The notes: generated by a model not told the origin, from the letters alone. Numbered from the stretch's first letter, positions 1 through 9,063 are shown. The stretch is DNA of 20,000 nt from an uncultured virus (IMG/VR IMGVR_UViG_3300045999_005873) (IMGVR_UViG_3300045999_005873); one strand, 5' to 3'. Numbers and translations: made by a program.

Positions 1-3000
1 TCGGTGAATTCCTTGCGGAATCGCTCGCGATCGGTCATGCCGAGGTCGCGGCCTCGGAGGGCGCGGTCGCGCTGGTTGCGGGCGTATTGCTCGTCGTCGA
101 TGGACTTGCGTTCGTCGCGAGTACCGGCGTCGATGGCCCCCTCGTTCTCGCCGCGCATTCTGCGGTTCTCTCCCTGAATGCGTTTTCTCTCTTCTATCTC
201 AAGGTCCGTAAGCCCGCCCTTGGCTTCCTTTTCGGCCAGATCAGCCAATCGCTTGTCATTTGCTGCGATTGCCTTGTTGTTCGCCGCGACGGCTGGGTCT
301 TTCTCAATCTCCTTCCGCTTGTTGTCCAGATTGTCTTGCAACTCCTGGGCGCGCTGGCGATCGCTGCGGAGGCGAGCATCGGCTTCGTCCCGCTCCTTAC
401 GGTTCTTCTCGGTCGGATTATTGATGTACCGCTGCTGCGCCTCGTTCGCCTGCCGCTCGCTGTCGGCCATGATCTGGTTCGCCGCATCGATGCTGCGTTT
501 AAATGTCGGGTCTTCAGCGGCCCGCTGGCGACCCTTCTCAAGCTCCTTCTCGCGAGCCAGGATGCCGTTGTTGATGGCGTCAAGCTGCTTCCGCTCGGCC
601 TCAGTCAACTGCCGAGCCATCATTTCTCTTTGGCGAAGCAACTCGATCTCGCGCTTGGCCGCTGCGTCAAGCTCCGCACTCTCAGCCTGATTAAGCCCGC
701 CGCCGACCGCACTCTTTGCCTCAAGGTCTTTTCGCCTCTGCGTGATGGCCTCGAGTTCGCCGTTGATCGCCTGCATCTGCGGGTCTTGCTGAATCTCGCG
801 GCGGCGATTGCCAAGGTCGGCCTGGGCATTGCCGACCGTAGCGCGGTCATTGATCAGCCGCTCCTCGGCTGCATCCCTGGCTTCGCGGGCCCCTGCCCGC
901 AGCGGGTTTTCCTCAAACGCCCTCTGTGCGGCGTCCGCGCCCTGCTCAGACCTCTGCAACGCCGATTCGCCGACTTTGCGGATGCGGGTCAACGCGGCTT
1001 CGATGCCGGCGGTGGCCTCGGCCAGGGCAGCGGCGGTTTCGGAGGCTTTCTGGGCGAGGTCGGATGCAGCGGACGCCGCCTCTCTCGCAGCCTTCGCCTT
1101 CTCAAGATCGGCTTCCGCGGCCTTTATGTCCGCTTCCGCAATCTTCCGCTTACCGATGTCGCCACCGGCGCTGGCGGCTTCCTCTCGTTTCTTGGCGATC
1201 AGGTCAACGAGAGCTGTCTCGCGAGCCACCGCCTGAACGGCCTTTCGGCGTGCCTCCGCCTCGTCGTCGATGACTCGTTTTAAGTTCGCGATCAAGCCTG
1301 CTTGCTCGTTTGCGAACCTATCGTTCCCCTCAAGCGAAGACAAAGCCTTCGTTGTCCGCTCTCCGCCGAATGTACGGCCAAGACGCATTTCCCGCGCTCG
1401 CGACTCCACGTCGGCCCGCTGGCGGAGCACGCCGTTCACCCGCTCTTGCGCGCGCTCAATGGCTGCTGTCCTTGCCTCTGGCGTGATGTTCGCATCGTCT
1501 GGGCTTGTGCTGACAGCCGAGCGAAGGGCGTCATCCGCTGCGGCAAGCTCAGATGAAAGTGCGTCCAGCTCTGACTGAAACGCAATGGCAGATGGGACGC
1601 CTCGCCTAATTGCGTCCGCTACATCCTCCTGTGCCGCCCTAATCGAGTCAGCGGCGTCTACTGACGCTGCGTATGCCTTCGAGGCAGAATCGACTACGCC
1701 GCTTTCGACCACCTTTTGCAGCGACTTTATCAACGCCTCGAACTGTGCGATCTCCCTGTCGGCGGCAAGTGCTGCGCCAGTCTTGATGAAGCCCAAGTCA
1801 CGCTGCGACTGTTCGGGCCTCTTCATCTCCTGCGCCCTTCGTAGCGCTTGAATCTGCCCCTGAACGGATGTCGGCACCTGCGATGCAAGGTCGCGGAGCC
1901 CCTCGTTTGATGCGTTCGCTTGCACAGACCGAGCCCGATTGACTCCAAGCAGCGCAGATGCCCCCAGCGTCACAATGTTGGAAAACATCCGCTGCGTGTT
2001 GTTGCCCAGGAATCGGTCGTTGTTTACGCGATCCGACTCATTGGCCGAACCGCGGATCGACGACGCAACGACGTTCGCATCAGGCGTCACCTCCGATGCG
2101 AGGCGACCTCGTGTCGCAAAGAGTGCCCGATTTGTGTCGCGAATCCTACCCTGAATAGTCGCGCCTTCTCCGACAGTTGTCGCGGCCTCAAGCTGTTTCT
2201 GGAGTTTGTTGATCTCCGCACGCAACTCGGCCATGCCCTGAAATTCGTTTCTCCGCTCGCGGGGCGAATAGAGTTCTCGGATCATCTGCGAGATCGGCAT
2301 CGGCGCGACAGCGGCCGAGTCTGTACCGTCGCGGCGCTCGGCAGCAAGCTCTGCGGACTGCCGGCGCATCGCAGATCGGCCGAAAGCAATACTCCTGGCC
2401 TGCTCCGACGAGCTTGATGCTGTGCCTCGCAGTATCGCGTCGGCAAGTGCCTTGTGTGACTGCGCCAAATCGTCGACAAGGCTTTTCTGTCTCGCGAGGG
2501 ATTCGTTTAACGCTTTTGCCTGATCCTCGGCCGACCGTCCGCTATTGGCCCATTTGATCAACCCAATCGCCGCCTGCCCCGCGATGACGGCACCGAGGCC
2601 GACAAAAAGCCCAGTTGTGCCGCCGAGAACGAACGCCATCTGAGTGATGTTGTTGCTGACCGCGCGGAGCTTGAACTCCAGGCCCCCGGTGGATGACATG
2701 AAGTCATCGACCGCAAACGCGGCTTGATTAAGCGCTAGCGAGAACCTGTCAAATCCTTGCCTTCCAACGTCGCCTGCCCGCGACACATCGCGAGTGAGCC
2801 TTCCGACACTAATTCCTGACACGGCCGCCGCTGCCGCGATCGCCTCGGCCCGAACCTCCGCCAGCCTTCGCCGGTTTTCTGCGGAGTCGATGTTCCCCTC
2901 GTCGAAAGCGGAAGCGACGGCGTTGCGAAGCCTGTTGAAAGCCTCAATCGCTGGCCCGCGAGCCTCCGCGCTCGCCCTGCCGATAGCACCTTGCAGAATC

Positions 3001-4985
3001 TGCAACTGCGCGTTGTAGCCCTGAAGGGCGCGCTGATCCAGGCCGAGGTTTACGCCAGTTGCGCCAGCGCCACCGAACGACTGCGAGAAGTTCATCGCCT
3101 GGGCGGCGCGGGTTGCTTCTTGCGTCATGTGGACGAGGCGTTGACGAGCGGCCTCGATCTCGGCGGGGAGGGCTGCGGGGGCAGCGGAGAGCCTAATGAA
3201 CTCAGCCTCGGCCTCGCGGATGGCCGGCACGAAGCGGGCGCGGAGAGGTTCCGGCAGCGTGTCAATCTGACTCTTCAGCGAGGTGATGCTGCCAGCGAGC
3301 GTGGCGAGCTGACGGCGTGGCAGCTCAAGGTCGTCGCCCATAGCTTGGCGAGCAAGTTGCCGCCTGCGATCCTCGAGGCTGGACATCCGACCCATGTCGG
3401 AGATGTCTGTCCTCTCGCCCTGGCCTACCAGGCTCGTGCGAGCGCCGAAGCTGCCGAAGTTCCTGTCCAGCGGAGACGACCGGCCCATGCCGGAGATGTC
3501 TGTCCTCGCGCCCATAGCACCAAGGCTCGTGCGAGCGCCAATGTTTTCCGCGTTCCTGTCCATCGGCGATGAGTCGCCGATTCTGTCCGCGTTCCTGTCG
3601 GGGGCGGCGGCGGCGTAGATGCCGTCGAACTCGCGACCTAGCGCGGCCATCCTTGCCTGCAAACTCTCAAGCTGCCTCTCGGCAGAGCCCGTCGGGAGCC
3701 CGCTGGCAATCTTCGCTTGCAGCCTTGCGTAGGCCGCCGTAGCATCGTTCGACCTTGACTTATATTCCTCAAGGATTGCGGCGATTCGCGGGTTTGCTTG
3801 AATCGTTGAGGCAGGCAGGCCAGCAGCCTTGTTGCCCATTTCGACGCCGCGGTCAAGCGATGACGCAAGCGCCGGCCTTGCGAAAAGCAGCTCCTGCCCG
3901 GTCTTCATGTTGCCGATCTTGCTTGACGCCTCGGCAAGGCGGGCAACCGCGGCGGCGGCGGCGCTGGCGCGTTTCTCGACAACGTCGAATTGCTGCGCGA
4001 TCGCCGACGCAGGGAGCACGCCCTTCTCGATGTTCGATTTGAGCGATTCGATCTGCGACTGAGATCGCTTCATCGCCGGCAAGAAGCCGGCCTGAATCTC
4101 TGCCGACATCGCCGCCAGCTTCTGCGTGGCCTCGCCGAACGGCTTGTTGATCTGCTCCGCGACAGAGCGAATCCTCTGTGTTTGCGTGACGGCTTCTTTT
4201 ATTGCCGCCTCGCCCAGGACATCCAATATGACAGGAAGCCGGACGGCCTCTGCCCGCTCGCCCGCCTGAAGAATCCTGTCAACGTCGGCGTCCTTCTGAA
4301 CATTAACGCCAATAGTCGCCTTGATCGTCTGGCGGCCGACTTCCTGAAGCCGCGTCACCTCGGCAGTCGCCTCGCGGTACTGGGCGGCGAGCGCGCTGAC
4401 TCCTCCGGCTGGCGAGCTGCCGCCAATCTTTACGGAAGCAACCTCTGCCTTTAGTTCCGCGACTCGCGACTTCGCCTCTGCCAGCCTTCGCCCTAGACCT
4501 GAGTCGACGAGGTTGACGGCGAAGTCGACTCTCTTCTCAGAAGAAAGCGCCCGCAGCTCGCGAACTTTCTCGATGCCGCCGACTCTGGCGACGATGTCGA
4601 GGTCTTTCGCCCGCAGCCCGACCAGAGCCTCTCTTAGTTCCGTGACGTTCTTCATCCCGCTGGCCCGTACTGCCACCGAGACCTGCGAGTCCCTCATTGA
4701 GGTCAGTCGCTGCCGAAGGACATCAACATCTTTGATGGCACCGGCAAAGCCCTTGAACGACAGCTTCATCGACGAAGCAGCCTGGAGCGACCGCTCAAAC
4801 TTCTGGAGAGGCGTGTAGATGCCCTCGAACGACCTTGCCGCCTCTCTTGAGGCCGAAGTCAGGTTGCTCTGAACGCTCCTGGCGAACGCCTGAACATCCT
4901 TCGCAGAGGCGTTCAGCTTGCTCTGAAAGTCGGCCGTATTCGCCGAAACAACTGCACTGATTTTGCCGAGGTAGCCGTTTGCCAT
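1..4985 (-). CDS. Tail tape measure protein (3' end outside the window)
   Basis: Not in the ORF track. My manual translation from ATG at 4985 (MANGYLGKISAVVSANTADFQSKLNASAKDV...) finds no stop before position 1, giving >1660 aa. It is Ala/Glu/Arg-rich and helical, has a TMP-like N-terminus and a hydrophobic stretch (MAFVLGGTTGLFVGLGAVIAGQAAIGLIKW, ~2550-2640), and follows the tail chaperones. AAGGA lies upstream of the start. Confidence 0.88.
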   Translation of the reverse strand, partial: MANGYLGKISAVVSANTADFQSKLNASAKDVQAFARSVQSNLTSASREAARSFEGIYTPLQKFERSLQAASSMKLSFKGFAGAIKDVDVLRQRLTSMRDSQVSVAVRASGMKNVTELREALVGLRAKDLDIVARVGGIEKVRELRALSSEKRVDFAVNLVDSGLGRRLAEAKSRVAELKAEVASVKIGGSSPAGGVSALAAQYREATAEVTRLQEVGRQTIKATIGVNVQKDADVDRILQAGERAEAVRLPVILDVLGEAAIKEAVTQTQRIRSVAEQINKPFGEATQKLAAMSAEIQAGFLPAMKRSQSQIESLKSNIEKGVLPASAIAQQFDVVEKRASAAAAAVARLAEASSKIGNMKTGQELLFARPALASSLDRGVEMGNKAAGLPASTIQANPRIAAILEEYKSRSNDATAAYARLQAKIASGLPTGSAERQLESLQARMAALGREFDGIYAAAAPDRNADRIGDSSPMDRNAENIGARTSLGAMGARTDISGMGRSSPLDRNFGSFGARTSLVGQGERTDISDMGRMSSLEDRRRQLARQAMGDDLELPRRQLATLAGSITSLKSQIDTLPEPLRARFVPAIREAEAEFIRLSAAPAALPAEIEAARQRLVHMTQEATRAAQAMNFSQSFGGAGATGVNLGLDQRALQGYNAQLQILQGAIGRASAEARGPAIEAFNRLRNAVASAFDEGNIDSAENRRRLAEVRAEAIAAAAAVSGISVGRLTRDVSRAGDVGRQGFDRFSLALNQAAFAVDDFMSSTGGLEFKLRAVSNNITQMAFVLGGTTGLFVGLGAVIAGQAAIGLIKWANSGRSAEDQAKALNESLARQKSLVDDLAQSHKALADAILRGTASSSSEQARSIAFGRSAMRRQSAELAAERRDGTDSAAVAPMPISQMIRELYSPRERRNEFQGMAELRAEINKLQKQLEAATTVGEGATIQGRIRDTNRALFATRGRLASEVTPDANVVASSIRGSANESDRVNNDRFLGNNTQRMFSNIVTLGASALLGVNRARSVQANASNEGLRDLASQVPTSVQGQIQALRRAQEMKRPEQSQRDLGFIKTGAALAADREIAQFEALIKSLQKVVESGVVDSASKAYAASVDAADSIRAAQEDVADAIRRGVPSAIAFQSELDALSSELAAADDALRSAVSTSPDDANITPEARTAAIERAQERVNGVLRQRADVESRAREMRLGRTFGGERTTKALSSLEGNDRFANEQAGLIANLKRVIDDEAEARRKAVQAVARETALVDLIAKKREEAASAGGDIGKRKIAEADIKAAEADLEKAKAAREAASAASDLAQKASETAAALAEATAGIEAALTRIRKVGESALQRSEQGADAAQRAFEENPLRAGAREARDAAEERLINDRATVGNAQADLGNRRREIQQDPQMQAINGELEAITQRRKDLEAKSAVGGGLNQAESAELDAAAKREIELLRQREMMARQLTEAERKQLDAINNGILAREKELEKGRQRAAEDPTFKRSIDAANQIMADSERQANEAQQRYINNPTEKNRKERDEADARLRSDRQRAQELQDNLDNKRKEIEKDPAVAANNKAIAANDKRLADLAEKEAKGGLTDLEIEERKRIQGENRRMRGENEGAIDAGTRDERKSIDDEQYARNQRDRALRGRDLGMTDRERFRKEFT
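3391..3600 (-). repeat. In-frame 93-bp (31-aa) tandem duplication plus a partial third copy inside the tape measure gene
   Basis: cccatg-n-cggagatgtctgtcctc occurs at 3391 and 3484. The translated units are SSPMDRNAENIGARTSLGAMGARTDISGMGR and SSPLDRNFGSFGARTSLVGQGERTDISDMGR. ccgcgttcctgtc recurs at 3548 and 3587. Confidence 0.85.
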
Positions 4986-4989
4986 CGAT

Positions 4990-5313
4990 TCATCCTTGAA
5001 TTGGCGTACTCAGCTTCATCAACTCAGACATGATCTGCGACTTCGACTGCTCTGGCTTGACCACGCTCGGGATGAACGCTGACTCGTCGGGGAGGTCGTG
5101 CTTCTTGTAGTTTCCCGACGAGGCCATGATCACCCTGCACAGTCTGGCCGTCTGACCCCAGGGGTCAGGAAGCGGCCATCTCTGATCAAACGCATACCAC
5201 TCGGCGATCTCCTTGCTGTCGACTTCCGCCAGCAGACGCTTCACGCTCATGCCCAGCGTTGCCGCTAGGCGGAAGTAGAAGCGCCTTTCTGGCCGGACGG
5301 CGAATCTTCCCCC
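4990..5313 (-). CDS. Tail assembly chaperone C-terminal (gpT-like) frame, probably reached by -1 frameshift
   Basis: The 86-aa ORF (ATG 5250) extends upstream without a stop as GRFAVRPERRFYFRLAATLG-MSVKRLLAEVDSKEIAEWYAF. This is in the -1 frame of the upstream chaperone and lies directly before the tape measure gene. Confidence 0.72.
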   Translation of the reverse strand, partial: GGRFAVRPERRFYFRLAATLGMSVKRLLAEVDSKEIAEWYAFDQRWPLPDPWGQTARLCRVIMASSGNYKKHDLPDESAFIPSVVKPEQSKSQIMSELMKLSTPIQG

Positions 5314-5636
5314 AAGGCATCCACTGCCTCCTGCGTGAAGGCATTGAGCTTCCAGCCGGCCTCGAACAGGCGGTTGATTACCACCGAAGACTTCTTGCCG
5401 AGGATGTCGGCCTCATCGTCGCTGAACAACCGCTTGCCGTCGTCATCGCACAAGGCAAGCAGGAGGAAGCGGATACGAAACGCCTTCATCTTCTGGTCGG
5501 CGTAGGACTCCTCGAAACGATCGCGGTCGGTGCCAGTGAGGACACGAAGAAACACGTCGCCCTTCCACTCGGGAACGGCAAACTTCTCCTTGCGAACGTC
5601 GTCGACTGCCAGGATGCTTTTACGATCAAGTGCCAT
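5265..5636 (-). CDS. Tail assembly chaperone (gpG-like), 123 aa
   Basis: MALDRKSILAVDDVRKEKFAVPEWKGDVFLRVLTGTDRDRFE...LALCDDDGKRLF is a typical chaperone sequence. GGAG upstream favours ATG 5636 over 5672. It lies between tail tube and tape measure genes. Confidence 0.8.
   Translation of the reverse strand: MALDRKSILAVDDVRKEKFAVPEWKGDVFLRVLTGTDRDRFEESYADQKMKAFRIRFLLLALCDDDGKRLFSDDEADILGKKSSVVINRLFEAGWKLNAFTQEAVDALGEDSPSGQKGASTSA
5307..5313 (-). other. Candidate -1 programmed frameshift site G GGG GAA
   Basis: The minus strand reads TTG GGG GAA GAT near the end of the gpG-like ORF. A -1 shift enters the gpT-like frame (GGA AGA TTC GCC...). Confidence 0.6.
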
Positions 5637-5680
5637 ATCAATCTGCTCCAGAAAGTGCTTGCTGTGCGGCATCCTGCCGG

Positions 5681-6046
5681 CTATGTGCCTTGATAATCAG
5701 TCATCAGAAACTTGAACGACCCGCGAACCAGTTCGCCCGCCTGGGCGCTCACTGACGCGGACTCGCAGACCACGCGGCGGATAATGGTGTATCCAGCCGA
5801 GGAGAACTTGAGATCGCCGACCTTCCTGACGAACAACTGGGGATCGGCGTTGGTGGTCAAGAAGTCCACAGTTATGGTGCCGCCGGCCCATTCGCCGGTC
5901 GGCACCATGAACGTGTATCCAAGACTGTCCGTCGCGGCGGTCATGTTCGTGACCTCCGCCGAAGGCATCTCCACCGAGATGCCCGTCAGCTTGCCGACGA
6001 ACGTCAGGAAGGTAAACGTCGCGCCATGTGCGGTGGCCCCGGCCAT
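5681..6046 (-). CDS. Tail tube-like protein B (121 aa)
   Basis: Beta-rich and T/S/G-rich (GATFTF...GTITVDFL...SASVSAQAGELVRGSFKF), with a GGAGG SD. It lies just upstream of the chaperone and resembles its neighbour. Confidence 0.55.
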   Translation of the reverse strand: MAGATAHGATFTFLTFVGKLTGISVEMPSAEVTNMTAATDSLGYTFMVPTGEWAGGTITVDFLTTNADPQLFVRKVGDLKFSSAGYTIIRRVVCESASVSAQAGELVRGSFKFLMTDYQGT

Positions 6047-6066
6047 GTCGGGTCACCTCCAGGCGG

Positions 6067-6402
6067 TTAGGCCACCCGCCAAGTCGCATTGCCCTTGAGG
6101 AGATCGCCGACGGTGCCGCCAACGGTCGAGGCCGTGAGGGTGGCGTTGCCGGAGAAGCTGAGACCGCCGGGGCCGGTGATGCTGAGAGCAGCCGACTGAA
6201 CCGTAATGACGGTCGACGCGATGTAGTCGCAGGAGACTTCACGCTGCACGAACGTCGGGACGTACTCGCGGCGGCTGCCCACGGCCTGACCGAGGTGCGA
6301 ACCGTCGGCGTTGTCGATCTGGTCGTTGACATTGAAGCTCGTGATCGTCAGGGTCTGACCAGAGTAGTTCATGGTCACGCCCATCGCTGCAACACCGGCC
6401 AT
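6067..6402 (-). CDS. Tail tube-like protein A (111 aa), probable major tail protein
   Basis: Follows the tail terminator, has a strong AAGGAGG SD and a beta-rich sequence ending ASTVGGTVGDLLKGNATWRVA. Confidence 0.6.
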   Translation of the reverse strand: MAGVAAMGVTMNYSGQTLTITSFNVNDQIDNADGSHLGQAVGSRREYVPTFVQREVSCDYIASTVITVQSAALSITGPGGLSFSGNATLTASTVGGTVGDLLKGNATWRVA

Positions 6403-6426
6403 AGTGCGCCTCCTTGCGCTAAAGTC

Positions 6427-6852
6427 TTATTCAGTGGCTTCCGACCACCGAATCTGAAATAGTTGTCGAACCTCGTAGGCTGGCGGGAGCTGGGCTCCCA
6501 CGGCGGCTGGGTCTAGATAGTCATCCGTCTCCGACACGAGCCGTATATCACTAATTGTAACGCCCGAGAGGGTGCCGGTGCGGCCATCCAAAGCGATCCG
6601 CACCTCGTCGGCAAGCTCGCGGGCAGTGTCGTAATAGAGTGCCCAGGAGGCGATCTGGAGGTGAACAATCGGCTGGAACATCGGCCCCGCAAGATGGGCT
6701 TCGCGGGTGATGTTGTTCCGCTTGTAGACGCAGAACGGCAGAACGGCGTTCTTCGGCACCGCGATCGGGTAGACCTGAAAGCCGACCAGCCTCGCCACCG
6801 CCGGGGTGGTGGCGAGCCTCTGGAAAACGTGTTTTTCTGGCGAAATGATCAT
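6427..6852 (-). CDS. Tail terminator/completion protein (DUF3168, gp17-like), 141 aa
   Basis: The true start is MIISPEKHVFQRL at 6852, with an ATGA overlap on the upstream gene. Motifs VYPIAVP..LPFCVY and LQIASWA..Y..ARELADEVRIALDG are present. Confidence 0.78.
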   Translation of the reverse strand: MIISPEKHVFQRLATTPAVARLVGFQVYPIAVPKNAVLPFCVYKRNNITREAHLAGPMFQPIVHLQIASWALYYDTARELADEVRIALDGRTGTLSGVTISDIRLVSETDDYLDPAAVGAQLPPAYEVRQLFQIRWSEATE

Positions 6853-7586
6853 TGCGTCAGCCTCGCCAGCGTGTTTTCGATGGCGGCCTTGAGCGTGTTG
6901 AATACTGCCCCCTGCTGCTCGTCGATGGTCTGCTGCATCGCGTGCTTTGCCGGCATGGGGGCATAGTCTTCGCCAGGGTGTAGCGTGACGGGGTGCATCT
7001 TGCCGCCGGAGTAGCCGAAGTCGTGCGGGTAGCCCTTGCCCATGCCGGCCTGCCGAGTGGCCTCGTTGATGCTGCCCATCAGGAAGTAGTAGCCCTTCGA
7101 CATATTGGCAAACTGCTGGTTGTTCGCCGACGAATGACGCCGCATCTTCCCGTTGATCATCTGGTGGACGTTGAGGTACGTCCGCCGCCCCTTCGTCCCA
7201 GGCTTGCGGCGGTCGGTGCCGAATTCGACGAGCCACGCATGATTCCCCGATTCTGCCCCCTCGCGACTGCCGGCGGTGCCTGACTGCCACGGGCCGACAA
7301 TCGCGACGGCGGCTGCGTCGTAGGTTTTCGTCTTGATCCTTACCGACTTTTTGAGGTTGCCCGTGGCGTTGCCGACTTTGGCCCGGTATCCGCGCCGAAT
7401 GTGTTCGGCGGCCTTCTTGGTCGCGTCCTCGAGCGCCTTCGGCTCGCCCATCTTGATGGCGATGGCCTGCAACTGCTCCGCCAACTCGCGGACGCCAGCC
7501 GTTTTGACCGTGACGAAGCCCTCGGCGAGCGACTTGCCGGTGCTGCCGCCGAAATCTCGCGGCGATCCCTGGCCTTGCGTAATCAT
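6849..7586 (-). CDS. HK97 gp10-like neck/tail-completion protein
   Basis: Motifs GVRELAEQL, TGNLKKSV, HAWLVEFGT and MPAKHAMQQT. Located between the head closure and terminator genes, with ATGA overlaps at both ends. Confidence 0.75.
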   Translation of the reverse strand: MITQGQGSPRDFGGSTGKSLAEGFVTVKTAGVRELAEQLQAIAIKMGEPKALEDATKKAAEHIRRGYRAKVGNATGNLKKSVRIKTKTYDAAAVAIVGPWQSGTAGSREGAESGNHAWLVEFGTDRRKPGTKGRRTYLNVHQMINGKMRRHSSANNQQFANMSKGYYFLMGSINEATRQAGMGKGYPHDFGYSGGKMHPVTLHPGEDYAPMPAKHAMQQTIDEQQGAVFNTLKAAIENTLARLTQ

Positions 7587-7903
7587 GTCGCTTCCTCCCT
7601 CGCCAGTATCTCATGGATCGAGCGGGTCTCTCGCTCAAGCACGCTGGAAATCTCCATCACGCGGCCACGCCAGAGGAGGCGGTGCTGGTGCGTGATGCCA
7701 GGGAAGAATCGGATGCGAATGCGATGCGTGACCAGCGCGCCTGCCTGCTGGGCAGCGAAGTAGTCACTGGCCCTGACGCCCATGATGCTGGCGTAAACCG
7801 TGGCCTCGTCCTCCCAGGTCAACGTCGTCTCGCCGAACGAGCTTTGGCTCTCGACCGGCTTCTGGATCGTCACCCTCTCCCGCATGGTGCCGGAGTTGAT
7901 CAT
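7583..7903 (-). CDS. Head-tail adaptor / head closure protein (SPP1 gp16-like)
   Basis: MINSGTMRERVTIQKP...W...VYASI...THRIRIRF.PGIT..HRLLW.GRVMEI.SV is the family pattern. Confidence 0.88.
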   Translation of the reverse strand: MINSGTMRERVTIQKPVESQSSFGETTLTWEDEATVYASIMGVRASDYFAAQQAGALVTHRIRIRFFPGITHQHRLLWRGRVMEISSVLERETRSIHEILAREEAT

Positions 7904-7906
7904 GGA

Positions 7907-8236
7907 TCACCCCATCCAGAGTGCGGTGTAGGTGCCTGATCCCGAGGGGGCCGAGACCGTGATCGTCGCCGTCACGGGCAGGACGGCCAGCCGGCCTGCT
8001 GAGACGTTGATGCTGCCAGCCAGTCGCAGGGCGCTCGAGCCCGTGTTCTTGACCACCAGCGTCGACAGGGGCGTGGCACCGACGATCTGCACCGCCGCCG
8101 TGCCGACGCTCCCGCTGATCGTCTGGGCCGTTGTCAGGGCCGGCGAAAGGTGCTCCGCCAAGTTGCCAATCGTCAGCGACGAGTCGCTTACGTCGTGGTA
8201 GACGGCGTCAACGTCGATTCGGGCTCGCACAGTCAT
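7907..8236 (-). CDS. Hypothetical beta-rich virion protein, 109 aa
   Basis: Start MTVRARIDVDAVYHD at 8236 has an ATGA overlap with the upstream stop. It is T/S/V/G-rich and fills the gap in the operon. Confidence 0.65.
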   Translation of the reverse strand: MTVRARIDVDAVYHDVSDSSLTIGNLAEHLSPALTTAQTISGSVGTAAVQIVGATPLSTLVVKNTGSSALRLAGSINVSAGRLAVLPVTATITVSAPSGSGTYTALWMG

Positions 8237-8871
8237 CGGTAGACCCCCATGCTGGCCGCAGCCAGAAGCGTGTCGAACGTCTGCGGCACCGACTGCGGAG
8301 CCCCGGTGACGGCCGGCTGTCTCGTGTCGTACCAGTGGGCCGTCAAAAGAAGAATCAGGTGCTTCACGATGGGGGGCGCTGCCTGCCCGTCGTCGCCGTA
8401 GCCCGCCGAGTACCGCACCGTCACCGAATTCTCGTCGCCGCGGGTCGCCGGCCAGGAGCGAGCCCACTGCGGGTAGATGCGGCCTGGGATCACGCTGGCA
8501 TCGACCTGAAAGTCGGTGGCGCTCGAGAGCTGGCTATAGGTGCCGTCGCCGCTGCGGTAAGTCACCGTCACGGCACGATCCAGCATGGGCAGGCGGGGCA
8601 GGACGATCGCCCAGACGGGGAACAGGTCATACTTGACCTCCCAGACCGTCGAGCAGATCGTGATGTCCAGCACATCCTCAACGTACTGCCTCGCCACCGA
8701 GATCAACGACTGGATGTAGAGATCGTCCGCATCCGTATCGACGCGGCAGTGCTGCTTGGCGAACGCCAGACTGACCGGCTCCACGGCCGGCGGTGTGATG
8801 CGAACTAGGCTGCGAAACGGCGTGATCGACGCTGTCGGCTTCTGCGGCGTACCGAAGACAATCGTGTCCAT
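8233..8871 (-). CDS. Head-tail connector protein (gp6 / phiE125 gp8-like)
   Basis: PPAVEPVSLAFAKQHCRVD...DDLYIQSLISVARQYVE...VTVRYSAGYG...P..VKHLILLLTAHWYDTR. Confidence 0.9.
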   Translation of the reverse strand: MDTIVFGTPQKPTASITPFRSLVRITPPAVEPVSLAFAKQHCRVDTDADDLYIQSLISVARQYVEDVLDITICSTVWEVKYDLFPVWAIVLPRLPMLDRAVTVTYRSGDGTYSQLSSATDFQVDASVIPGRIYPQWARSWPATRGDENSVTVRYSAGYGDDGQAAPPIVKHLILLLTAHWYDTRQPAVTGAPQSVPQTFDTLLAAASMGVYR

Positions 8872-9063
8872 CTATCGCCTCTTTTTTGGTACTTGCTTCG
8901 TCGTTACTTCGGCTCGCTCGACGGCCACTGGAACGGCCTCGGCCGTCTCCACCTCTTCGATCAGCCCACGGCGGATGAGGATGTCGCACATCCCACCAGC
9001 CCAGTCCTCGAAGACTTGGCCTTTTTCGTAGCAGTCAAAGTTTTGGAGGACGCGAATCTTCAA
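8872..9063 (-). CDS. Small hypothetical head-associated protein (~63 aa)
   Basis: Probable TTG start overlapping the upstream TGA (TTGA). (M)KIRVLQNFDCYEKGQVFED...LIRRGLIEEV with a basic tail resembles the short proteins often found between capsid and connector genes. Confidence 0.6.
   Translation of the reverse strand: MKIRVLQNFDCYEKGQVFEDWAGGMCDILIRRGLIEEVETAEAVPVAVERAEVTTKQVPKKRR

Noticed and set aside
3391..3600. Repeat considered as a CRISPR array or a DGR template/variable repeat pair
   Set aside because: Only two in-frame diverged units, with no spacers, no adenine-specific mismatch pattern, and no cas or reverse transcriptase gene in the window.
87..4818. Long plus-strand ORFs (e.g. 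87..1283, 398 aa; 2991..3572)
   Set aside because: They are antisense shadows of the continuous minus-strand tape measure gene in GC-rich DNA and have no recognisable motifs.
6853..7638. N-terminal 260 aa of the 403-aa ORF 6427..7638
   Set aside because: Arg-rich off-frame read-through overlapping the gp10-like gene. The real terminator gene starts at 6852.
8237..8467. Upstream extension of ORF 7907..8467
   Set aside because: It overlaps the connector gene out of frame. ATGA coupling points to a start at 8236.
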